From: Flavobacteriales bacterium
Lineage (GTDB): Bacteria; Bacteroidota; Bacteroidia; Flavobacteriales_F; PHOS-HE28
Direction: 5' to 3'
DNA: 64,000 nucleotides
Assembly: GCA_013360395.1 (NCBI GenBank)
Contig: JABWBQ010000002.1
Coordinates: 16,703 to 80,702 of the forward strand
Positions within the stretch are counted from its first letter, which is position 1. Every line of letters starts with the position of its first letter. The notes under the pieces were generated by a model. The model had not been told where the DNA came from. It saw only the letters and a program-made list of their open reading frames with translations, and made no database searches. A program made the position numbers and the translations under genes. This document shows, in pieces, positions 9,406 to 17,173 of the stretch.

Positions 9406-9882
9406 TCCCAATTCGCACTAAGACGTAGGCCGAACTACTCGGTCTCTTTCCGCATGACTTCTCCGTCGTGATCGTTCCGCAGCCCATGCTATGCAACGCC
9501 CCCGCCGTATCGTCCTGTGTAGTGATCCCTTCGTATCTCTAGCCTACGCCTTCGTGCGAAATGGGATAAGCGGATACGGGTTGAACGGGACGGCCGCGTT
9601 CAGGGCGGCAGCCATGTTCCGCGCCGGGTGTGGTGTGGTTGGTGCACCGAAGTGTAAGGGTGGAGCACTGAACCCGCGTGACGGATCGCAGCGGCACCCC
9701 GCACCCCGAGGGCCCAGAGCGTAGCGCAGCGGAGTCGAAGGGTGCGAGGGGGAGGAGTACAGCGAAGAGCCGGACCCCGAGAACCCTGAGCGGAGGCTCT
9801 GCGAAGTCGAAGGGTGCGAGGGGGCACGCCCAAACCCACCTTCCATTTCACGCTTTCGACCGCGCACCGGTATTTTCGCGGC

Positions 9883-12800
9883 ATGTCAACAGCCGTAGCC
9901 CCTCCATACGTCCCCAAGCACAAGATCCGCGTGGTCACCGCCGCCTCGTTGTTCGATGGTCACGATGCCGCCATCAACATCATGCGGCGGATCATCCAGA
10001 GCACCGGCGCCGAGGTGATCCACCTGGGGCACGACCGCAGCGTGGAGGATGTGGTGAACACCGCGATCCAGGAGGATGCCCACGCCATTGCCATGACCAG
10101 CTACCAGGGCGGGCACGTGGAGTACTTCAAGTACATGCACGACCTGCTGAAGGAGAAGGGCGCGGGGCACATCAAGATCTTCGGCGGCGGCGGGGGTACC
10201 ATCCTGCCCAGCGAGATCGAGGAGTTGCACGCCTACGGCATCACGCGGCTGTACCACCCGGACGATGGCCGCGCCATGGGCCTGCAGGGCATGATCAACG
10301 ACATGCTGGAGCAGGCCGACTACGACCTGAGCGACCAGGTGAACGGTGAGGCGAAGAAGCTGACCCCGCAGAACTGGACGGCCATCGCCAAGCTGATCAG
10401 CACGGCGGAGAACCACCCGCAGGTGTTCGAGAAGATCGCCGACGAGGTCCACAAGAAGGCCGCGGCCAGCAAGGCGCCGGTGCTGGGCATCACGGGCACG
10501 GGCGGTGCGGGCAAGAGCAGCATGGTGGATGAGCTGATCCGTCGTTTCGTGCTGGACCAGCCCGGCAAGACCATCGGCGTGATCAGCGTGGACCCCAGCA
10601 AGCGCAAGACCGGCGGCGCGTTGCTGGGCGACCGCATCCGCATGAACAGCATCCGCGGCGAGCGGGTGTACATGCGCAGTCTCGCTACGCGGCAGAGCAA
10701 CCTCGCGCTCAGCAAGCACGTGAAGGAAGCCGTGGCCATCCTGAAGGCAGCGGGCTTCGACCTGGTGGTGCTGGAGACCAGCGGCATCGGCCAGAGCGAC
10801 ACCGAGATCCTGGATCACAGTGATGTTTCGCTCTACATCATGACGCCCGAGTTCGGTGCGGCCACGCAGCTGGAGAAGATCGACATGCTCGACTTCGCCG
10901 ACGTGGTGGCCATCAACAAGTTCGACAAGCGCGGCGCCCTCGATGCCCTGCGCGACGTGAAGAAGCAGTACAAGCGCAACCACCAACTGTGGGACGCCAA
11001 GGACGAGGACCTGCCCGTGGTGGGCACCATCGCCAGCCAGTTCAACGACCCCGGCACCAACGCCCTCTACGCGCGGCTGATGCGCAAGATCAAGGAGAAG
11101 ACCGGCATCGAGCTCGATAGCAGCTTCCACGCGCACGACGAGATGAGCGAGAAGGTGTGGATCATCCCGCCCGCCAAGAGCCGCTATCTGAGCGAGATCA
11201 GCGAGAGCAATCGGAGGTATGATGGCAAGGTGCGCAAGCAGGCGGAGATCGCGGACAAGCTGTACGGGTTGTATTCGGCTGTACTCACCTTCGGTGGCAC
11301 TGACCTTTTGGAGTCGGAAGTCCCGAGGCCCCTGAGTCACGAGTCGGGCGCGAAAGCGACTCACGACTCACGACTTACGGACTCAGTCGACTTCCTCATT
11401 CAAAGGTTCGAAGAACTGAAGAAAGACCTGGATCCCCACCTCTGGTCCATGCTCCAGAACTGGAAGGCCGAGGAGGAACGCTACTCCGGCGAGTTCTACA
11501 CCTACACCGTGCGAGGCAAGGAGATCAAGGTGCCGAACCACAGCGAGAGCCTCAGTCACCTGAAGATCCCGAAAGTCGCGCTGCCGAAGTTCCGCAGCTG
11601 GGGCGACAAGGTGCGTTGGGCCATGCAGGAGAACACGCCCGGCTTCTTCCCCTACACCGCGGGCATCTACCCGTTCAAGCGCACCGGCGAGGACCCCGCG
11701 CGGATGTTCGCCGGCGAGGGCGGCCCCGAGCGCACCAACAAGCGCTTCCACTACGTGAGCCAGGGCATGCCCGCCAAGCGCCTCAGCACCGCCTTCGACA
11801 GCGTGACGCTCTATGGCAACGACCCCGGCCGTCGTCCCGACATCTACGGCAAGGTGGGCAACAGCGGCGTGAGCATCTGCTGCCTCGACGATGCCAAGAA
11901 GCTCTACAGCGGCTTTGACCTCAGCGACCCGAAGACCTCGGTGTCCATGACCATCAACGGTCCCGCGCCCATGCTGCTCGGCTTCTTCATGAACGCGGCG
12001 ATCGACCAGAACTGTGAGAAGTACATACGGGAGCACGGGTTGGAGAAGGAGGTGGAGAAGAAGATCAAGGAGCGCTGGGAGAAGTTGGAGAAGGCGAATG
12101 GCGAATGGTCAATGGCGAATGGAGGGCGCGGCTTTTCCCATTCACCAACTCCCATTCACCATTCACCTCGACCTCGCTACCACGGAGACATACCTGCGGG
12201 GAACGATGGTCTGGGCTTGCTCCTCCTCGGCATCACCGGCGACCAGGTCCTCCCGAAAGACGTCTACGAGAAGATCAAGGCCGAAACGCTGCAACAGGTC
12301 CGCGGCACCGTGCAGGCCGACATCCTGAAGGAAGACCAGGCGCAGAACACCTGCATCTTCAGCACCGAGTTCGCGCTGCGGCTCATGGGCGACGTGCAGC
12401 AGTACTTCATCGACAAGAAAGTCCGCAACTTTTACAGCGTCAGCATCAGCGGCTACCACATCGCGGAGGCCGGCGCCAACCCCATCAGCCAGCTCGCCTT
12501 CACGCTGGCCAACGGCTTCACCTACGTGGAGTACTACCTGAGCCGCGGCATGGACATCAACGCTTTCGCGCCGAACCTCAGCTTCTTCTTCAGCAACGGC
12601 ATGGACCCCGAGTACGCCGTGATGGGCCGCGTGGCGCGCCGCCTCTGGGCCAAGGCGCTCAAGCACCGCTACGGCGCCGACGAGCGCAGCCAGATGCTGA
12701 AGTACCACATCCAGACCAGCGGCCGCAGCCTCCACGCGCAGGAGATCGACTTCAACGACATCCGCACCACGCTCCAGGCGCTGTACGCCATCTACGACAA

Positions 12801-13401
12801 CTGCAATTCGCTCCACACCAACGCCTACGACGAGGCCATCACCACGCCCACCGAGGAAAGCGTGCGCCGCGCCATGGCCATCCAGCTCATCATCAACAAG
12901 GAGCTCGGCTTGGCCAAGAACGAGAACCCGCTGCAGGGGTCATTCATCATTGAAGAGTTGACAGACCTCGTTGAGGAAGCGGTCTTGACGGAGTTCGACC
13001 GCATCACCGAGCGTGGCGGCGTGCTGGGCGCCATGGAGACCATGTACCAGCGCGGCAAGATCCAGGAGGAAAGTCTCTACTACGAAACGCTGAAGCACAC
13101 CGGCGAATACCCGATCATCGGGGTGAACACCTTCCTCAGCAGTAAAGGATCACCGACGATCCTGCCGAAGGAAGTGATCCGTGCCACGGAAGAGGAGAAG
13201 GAGGCGCAGATCGCAACGGTGGAGAACCTCAAGGCCGCCTACGCCCCCGAAGCCGCCAAGGCCCTGAAGGACCTGCAACAAGCGGCGGTCCACAACGAGA
13301 ATATGTTCGAGGTGCTGATGGAGGCGTGTAAGTATTGCTCGCTGGGGCAGCTGACTGCGGCGATGTTTGAGGTGGGGGGGCAGTACAGGAGGAATATGTA
13401 G
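9883..13401 (+). CDS. icmF: fused isobutyryl-CoA mutase (B12-binding domain + MeaB-like G-protein chaperone + mutase catalytic domain)
   Basis: N-terminal [12 protein letters not shown] (DxHxxG B12-binding motif). Central [13 protein letters not shown]-loop, [21 protein letters not shown] and the NKFD motif of MeaB/ArgK GTPases. C-terminal [20 protein letters not shown]... and [10 protein letters not shown]... of methylmalonyl-CoA-mutase-type TIM barrels. Start taken at ATG 9883 (ORF track begins at GTG 9814). Confidence 0.85.
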   Translation: MSTAVAPPYVPKHKIRVVTAASLFDGHDAAINIMRRIIQSTGAEVIHLGHDRSVEDVVNTAIQEDAHAIAMTSYQGGHVEYFKYMHDLLKEKGAGHIKIFGGGGGTILPSEIEELHAYGITRLYHPDDGRAMGLQGMINDMLEQADYDLSDQVNGEAKKLTPQNWTAIAKLISTAENHPQVFEKIADEVHKKAAASKAPVLGITGTGGAGKSSMVDELIRRFVLDQPGKTIGVISVDPSKRKTGGALLGDRIRMNSIRGERVYMRSLATRQSNLALSKHVKEAVAILKAAGFDLVVLETSGIGQSDTEILDHSDVSLYIMTPEFGAATQLEKIDMLDFADVVAINKFDKRGALDALRDVKKQYKRNHQLWDAKDEDLPVVGTIASQFNDPGTNALYARLMRKIKEKTGIELDSSFHAHDEMSEKVWIIPPAKSRYLSEISESNRRYDGKVRKQAEIADKLYGLYSAVLTFGGTDLLESEVPRPLSHESGAKATHDSRLTDSVDFLIQRFEELKKDLDPHLWSMLQNWKAEEERYSGEFYTYTVRGKEIKVPNHSESLSHLKIPKVALPKFRSWGDKVRWAMQENTPGFFPYTAGIYPFKRTGEDPARMFAGEGGPERTNKRFHYVSQGMPAKRLSTAFDSVTLYGNDPGRRPDIYGKVGNSGVSICCLDDAKKLYSGFDLSDPKTSVSMTINGPAPMLLGFFMNAAIDQNCEKYIREHGLEKEVEKKIKERWEKLEKANGEWSMANGGRGFSHSPTPIHHSPRPRYHGDIPAGNDGLGLLLLGITGDQVLPKDVYEKIKAETLQQVRGTVQADILKEDQAQNTCIFSTEFALRLMGDVQQYFIDKKVRNFYSVSISGYHIAEAGANPISQLAFTLANGFTYVEYYLSRGMDINAFAPNLSFFFSNGMDPEYAVMGRVARRLWAKALKHRYGADERSQMLKYHIQTSGRSLHAQEIDFNDIRTTLQALYAIYDNCNSLHTNAYDEAITTPTEESVRRAMAIQLIINKELGLAKNENPLQGSFIIEELTDLVEEAVLTEFDRITERGGVLGAMETMYQRGKIQEESLYYETLKHTGEYPIIGVNTFLSSKGSPTILPKEVIRATEEEKEAQIATVENLKAAYAPEAAKALKDLQQAAVHNENMFEVLMEACKYCSLGQLTAAMFEVGGQYRRNM
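11321..11395 (+). repeat. in-frame nested palindromic insertion inside icmF (codes [28 protein letters not shown])
   Basis: Outer arms cggaagtc/gacttcc. Inner arms gagtcacgagtcg / cgactcacgactc around gggcgcgaaagc. It lies in the linker after the GTPase domain and is absent from the expected mutase consensus. Confidence 0.5.
12093..12168 (+). repeat. in-frame hairpin insertion with tandem 9-mers inside icmF (codes ...[25 protein letters not shown]...)
   Basis: Left arm ggcgaatggcgaatggtcaatggcgaatggag. Right arm ctcccattcaccaactcccattcaccattcacc is its imperfect reverse complement, with loop ggcgcggcttttc. Confidence 0.55.
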
Positions 13402-13430
13402 CAGTAGCGTGGGAGGTTAACTTTGAGGAA

Positions 13431-13736
13431 ATGCCCAAGCTGTACGAGTACTTCGGTCTCATCTTTCTGTTCTACAGCGACGATCATGACCCCATGCATC
13501 TTCATGTGCGGCATGGCGACCGCGAGGGTATCGTCATGCTCATCATCGTGGAGGGCAATCTGGTTGAACTGCGTTGGCGGGCTAAACGCGGGGCGGCCAT
13601 GCTGAATGAAAAGGAACAGCGCGAGGCCGAGGCGTTCGTACGGGCCATGAAGAGCGACATCGTCGCCAAGTGGACCGCCTTCTACGTCGAACACAAGCGC
13701 ATCAAGCCTGAGCGCATAACCCGCCGGATCAAATGA
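13431..13736 (+). CDS. DUF4160 domain protein
   Basis: MPKLYEYFGLIFLFYSDDHDPMHLHVRHGD... matches the DUF4160 N-terminal signature (MP..F.G..I.FY.DH.PPH H). Begins 30 bp after the icmF stop. Confidence 0.75.
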   Translation: MPKLYEYFGLIFLFYSDDHDPMHLHVRHGDREGIVMLIIVEGNLVELRWRAKRGAAMLNEKEQREAEAFVRAMKSDIVAKWTAFYVEHKRIKPERITRRIK

Positions 13737-14050
13737 AGATCGCTGAGGACGTCCGTATCAAGAAGGCCACCTATATGGGTGACTACATCATTCGATTCGC
13801 CTTCACCGATGGCCATGTGAGCGAGATAGACTTCCATCCCTTCCTCAGCGCGGCCGGGCAAAATCCCATGAACAGCCAGTATTTGGATGTCCTGCGCTTC
13901 CGGGAGTTCAAGCTGCACCGCAATGTGGATGTGTACTGGGATGATTGGGAGATGTGCTTCCGGTTCGAGACGCTCTACGCGGGGAAGCTGCCGAAGATGC
14001 CAGCACCGCAACGGCGATCGGTTCGACGAAAGGTGACGGCCAACGCGTGA
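13733..14050 (+). CDS. DUF2442 domain protein
   Basis: ATGA overlap with DUF4160. ...YIIRFAFTDGHVSEIDFHPFL... is typical of DUF2442, the usual partner of DUF4160. Confidence 0.7.
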   Translation: MKIAEDVRIKKATYMGDYIIRFAFTDGHVSEIDFHPFLSAAGQNPMNSQYLDVLRFREFKLHRNVDVYWDDWEMCFRFETLYAGKLPKMPAPQRRSVRRKVTANA

Positions 14051-14058
14051 AGAACGCC

Positions 14059-14355
14059 ATGGTCATCGGCGTGAACACCTTCCTCCGCAGCAAAGGCTCA
14101 CCGACGATCCTGTCCGCCGTACGGCGGATGATCCGTGCCACGGAAGAAGAGAAAGAAGCGCAGATCGCGACGGTGGAGAACCTGAAAGCCGCCTACGCCC
14201 CCGAAGCCGCCAAAGCCCTGAAAGACCTGCAACAGGCGGCGGTGCGGAACGAGAATATGTCCGCGGTGCTGATGGAGGCGTGCAAGTACTGCTCGCTGGG
14301 TCAGCTTACGGCGGCGATGTTCGAAGTGGGGGGGCAGTATAGGAGGAACATGTGA
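14059..14355 (+). pseudogene. duplicated, ~10% diverged 3' fragment of icmF (last ~98 codons incl. stop; first reiteration)
   Basis: ...[17 protein letters not shown]...[73 protein letters not shown] against icmF residues ...[17 protein letters not shown]...[10 protein letters not shown]. Confidence 0.75.
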
Positions 14356-14374
14356 TGATGAGGATGCTGAGCGG

Positions 14375-14412
14375 GATTTGAGGTGGGGGGCAGTACAGAA
14401 GGAATATGTGAC
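14375..14412 (+). repeat. short reiteration of the icmF 3' terminus (gatttgaggtggggggcagtacagaaggaatatgtga)
   Basis: Matches icmF 13365-13401 (gtttgaggtgggggggcagtacaggaggaatatgtag). Third copy of the terminus. Confidence 0.7.
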
Positions 14413-14443
14413 TGGGTACCCGGCTCTGTCTTAACTTCGTGTC

Positions 14444-14659
14444 ATGGCCTCGGCGCACAACTACATCCAACTGTCGTCCCTTCCGGAGGATGTTCGCCAG
14501 CAGGTGCTCGACTTCATCGAGTTCCTGATGCGGCGCCGTCAGGGCAACGAGCCGAAGGAGAAGCGCAAGACACCGGTGCCCGGCCTGGCCAAAGGCATGG
14601 TCACCGTGCCAGCAGACTTCGATGCACCCTTGGATGACTTCAAGGAGTACATGGAATGA
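14444..14659 (+). CDS. DUF2281-like antitoxin (VapB-type partner of the PIN toxin)
   Basis: 71 aa. ...LPEDVRQQVLDFIEFLMRR... and the C-terminal DFDAPLDDFKEYME are characteristic of DUF2281 antitoxins. ATGA overlap with the PIN gene. Confidence 0.6.
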   Translation: MASAHNYIQLSSLPEDVRQQVLDFIEFLMRRRQGNEPKEKRKTPVPGLAKGMVTVPADFDAPLDDFKEYME

Positions 14660-15042
14660 AGCTGTTGCTTGACACGCACGTCCTGCTTTGGTTCCAGGCG
14701 GGCGACCAAGCATTGCCGAAAGCGGCCGAGCAGGCCATCCGATCCGAGGCCAATGAAGCGTTCGTCAGCATGGTCTCCTTCTGGGAGATCGGACTGAAGC
14801 ATAGCATTGGCAAGCTGCCCTTACGTAAGCCGCTGGATGTATTCCTCAGCACGATCACTGAGGCAGCATTCCAGATACTCCCGCTGGACATCCCACACAT
14901 TGTTGCTTCTTCGGCACTGCCGCTGCACCACCGAGACCCGTTCGACCGGATGCTGATCGGGCAGGCGAAGCATGAAGGCATGCACCTGATCACCGTGGAT
15001 GCGCAGTTCCGGGCATACGATGTGCCACTGATCGGTTTGTGA
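14656..15042 (+). CDS. vapC: PIN domain toxin (VapC family)
   Basis: 128 aa. N-terminal LLDTHVLLW and the conserved acidic residue positions of the PIN fold. Translationally coupled to the upstream small gene. Confidence 0.75.
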   Translation: MKLLLDTHVLLWFQAGDQALPKAAEQAIRSEANEAFVSMVSFWEIGLKHSIGKLPLRKPLDVFLSTITEAAFQILPLDIPHIVASSALPLHHRDPFDRMLIGQAKHEGMHLITVDAQFRAYDVPLIGL

Positions 15043-15118
15043 TGACCATCATGCTGAGCGAAGCGAAGTCCCGCCGTAGCGACCGTGGCCGAGGAACGAG
15101 GCGTACGGACGCTGGAGC

Positions 15119-15158
15119 GGGATTCGAGGTGGGGGGGCAGTACAGAAGGAACATGTAG
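15119..15158 (+). repeat. short reiteration of the icmF 3' terminus (gggattcgaggtgggggggcagtacagaaggaacatgtag)
   Basis: Fourth copy of the icmF terminus. Lies between the PIN gene and the Fic gene. Confidence 0.7.
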
Positions 15159-15186
15159 TGCTGTTCAGCATCACCAAGATGAACAC

Positions 15187-15969
15187 ATGCCTGTGGCCCT
15201 GCTAGTCAACACATACCTGCCAGCATATCGCGCACAGCTGAACCTGCCGCTCGCTGAGCTTATCGCCACGCTCGCCGAGGAGCGCAACGGTGGCGGCGCT
15301 GACCTGCTCAACCTGTATGAGAGCGCCGTGGCCAGCAGCCAGATCGAGGGCAGCAAGGTCACCCTCGACCTTTTCAAACGCACCATGGAGGCCGCTGGGA
15401 GCGGGCCCAGACCGCGCGATGTGCAGGAAGTGGCCGATCTGGTGAGCGCCTACCGCTTCGCTCAAGTGAACCCGCTCAACATCGCCAACCTGCTCGAAGC
15501 GCACCGCATCGCATCAGCATTGCTCGTCAACGCCAACGATCGTGGCGCCTGGCGCACAAAGGGCGTTAAGGTGGGCAATGCCATCACCACCGTGTACATG
15601 GCCCCGCATCAGAGCCTGGTGCCATCGCTCATGGACCAGCTGATGGAGGAGACCGGTACGCTCTTGGATCAGAAGCTCACAATCGAAGAGGCGTTCTATT
15701 TCGCCGCGCTCCTGCACCTCGTCTTCGTCAAGGTGCATCCTTTCATCGACGGCAATGGACGCACCGGCCGTCTATTGGAGAAGTGGTTCCTCGAGAGCCA
15801 CATCGGCCCGATCGCATGGAGCATCCGCAGCGAACGCTACCTGATCCGCAACCTCGACGATTACTACGATACACTTGCCGCTGTCGGACCGGATTGGGGT
15901 AGCTTGCAATGGGACCGCTGTCTGCCCTTCATGCTGCTGTTGCCGCAGGCGCTTACCATGAAACGATAG
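15187..15969 (+). CDS. Fic family protein (Fic/Doc AMPylase-type)
   Basis: Canonical Fic motif HPFIDGNGRTGR. Start taken at ATG 15187; the ORF-track extension to 15085 runs through the repeat copy. Confidence 0.8.
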   Translation: MPVALLVNTYLPAYRAQLNLPLAELIATLAEERNGGGADLLNLYESAVASSQIEGSKVTLDLFKRTMEAAGSGPRPRDVQEVADLVSAYRFAQVNPLNIANLLEAHRIASALLVNANDRGAWRTKGVKVGNAITTVYMAPHQSLVPSLMDQLMEETGTLLDQKLTIEEAFYFAALLHLVFVKVHPFIDGNGRTGRLLEKWFLESHIGPIAWSIRSERYLIRNLDDYYDTLAAVGPDWGSLQWDRCLPFMLLLPQALTMKR

Positions 15970-16060
15970 CATTGCGAGGAAGTGATCCGTGCCACCGAGG
16001 AAGAGAAGGAGCCGCAGATCGCGACGGTGGAGAACCTGAAATCCGCCTACGCCCCCGAGG
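15966..16060 (+). repeat. partial internal copy of the icmF tail (corresponds to icmF ~13170-13262: ...[25 protein letters not shown]...)
   Basis: gaagtgatccgtgccaccgaggaagagaaggagccgcagatcgcgacggtggagaacctgaaatccgcctacgcccccgag matches the icmF coding sequence and then diverges. Confidence 0.6.
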
Positions 16061-16129
16061 GGCCAAGGAACGCTTCACCTCCGGGAACGAGTGGCCGGAC
16101 TTTGGGTCGCTTACACACCGCCGTGCGGA

Positions 16130-17173
16130 TCAAGGGAAACAGAATCCGCCGGGGATGATGCCCGCTAGGAAGCTGCCGAGCTCCGTTCCGCCGGGGCTGT
16201 ACCGAAGGACCACACCGTGTTGCACGTAATCGACCGCATCGGAGACGTAGATGGTACCATTGTCCGGATCCACGCCGAGGCCGTAGAAGTTGCGGTTGTC
16301 GGCGGGGATGAAGGCATTGGTCGGCAGGACGCTGTCGTGGATGGCCATGCGGTACACCCCGCCGTCGAGGAAGTACAGCACATCGTGTGCGTCGTTGATG
16401 GTGAGCCGCCACGGTGATGCGGAAGCGGGAAAGGCGAAGCTGGCCTCCACCGCGAGCGTGGCGGGATCGAAGCGATGCAGTGCCGGGGCGATGCCGCCGC
16501 CCATGGACCCGCCGCAGAGGACCCAGAGCCTGCCGTTGGCATCCTGCCGGATGCTGCTGCCCCCGATGGAGACGGGGATGCTGTCGATGAGCTGGTCCGT
16601 CGCGGTGTCGATCACCAGCACCTGGTCGCCTTCCGGTGCGGTGACGAAGGCTTTTCCGTAGGCGAGCGCCAACTCCTCCGTCCGCCCGGGCACGGGGATG
16701 CTGCCGGTGATGGTGTTGGTGACCAGGTCCACCACGGCGATGGCATCCGCGAACAGGTCGGTCACGTAGGCCTTGCCATTGCTCACGGGCAGCAGGTAGC
16801 GCGGCGAACTGAACCCGGTGATGGTCGCGGTGGCGACGAAGGTCTGCGGGTCCACCACCACCACCTTGCCGGAGTTGTTCACGACCAGGTAGCCGCGGTC
16901 GTTGAACAGCGTCATGCTCTGGCACACATCCCCCAGCGCGCTGCCGTTCGCGGGCGCGTAGAGGTCCTCCACGGTGGTGCCGTTCGTCCTGTCGTGGTAG
17001 CTCACCGTCGCGTTGCCCCATCCGAAGTTGCCCTCGTTGGTGATGTACACCCCGTCAGAGCCGACCACGACCGGCGTGTCGTCCGGTGGTCCCGGTCGGT
17101 CCTTGCGGCAGGACGACGATCCCAGGGCGAGCAATGCGAGGCAGAGGAGCAGGAGCTTAGTACGCATGGGCAA
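16130..17173 (-). CDS. YncE-like beta-propeller lipoprotein (DUF5074-like), B12-uptake-locus associated
   Basis: Lipoprotein signal ...LALGSSSC. Repeated YVTD/IYVSD-type propeller motifs. Last gene of the riboswitch-controlled operon. Confidence 0.55.
   Translation of the reverse strand: MPMRTKLLLLCLALLALGSSSCRKDRPGPPDDTPVVVGSDGVYITNEGNFGWGNATVSYHDRTNGTTVEDLYAPANGSALGDVCQSMTLFNDRGYLVVNNSGKVVVVDPQTFVATATITGFSSPRYLLPVSNGKAYVTDLFADAIAVVDLVTNTITGSIPVPGRTEELALAYGKAFVTAPEGDQVLVIDTATDQLIDSIPVSIGGSSIRQDANGRLWVLCGGSMGGGIAPALHRFDPATLAVEASFAFPASASPWRLTINDAHDVLYFLDGGVYRMAIHDSVLPTNAFIPADNRNFYGLGVDPDNGTIYVSDAVDYVQHGVVLRYSPGGTELGSFLAGIIPGGFCFP

Noticed and set aside
9411-9882. tRNA or small RNA upstream of icmF
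   Set aside because: No cloverleaf-compatible GTTCRANYC T-loop or anticodon-stem arrangement found. Only the 24-bp direct repeats were retained.
9886-11364. 492-aa minus-strand ORF antisense to icmF (and 11383-12036, 12163-12816 likewise)
   Set aside because: icmF carries unambiguous B12, MeaB and mutase motifs on the plus strand. The antisense translations are Ala/Gly/Val/Leu-rich GC artefacts.
13945-14355. 136-aa plus-strand ORF
   Set aside because: It is the diverged duplicate of the icmF C-terminus (a repeat or pseudogene fragment) read from an upstream in-frame Met inside the DUF2442 gene. Not an independent gene.
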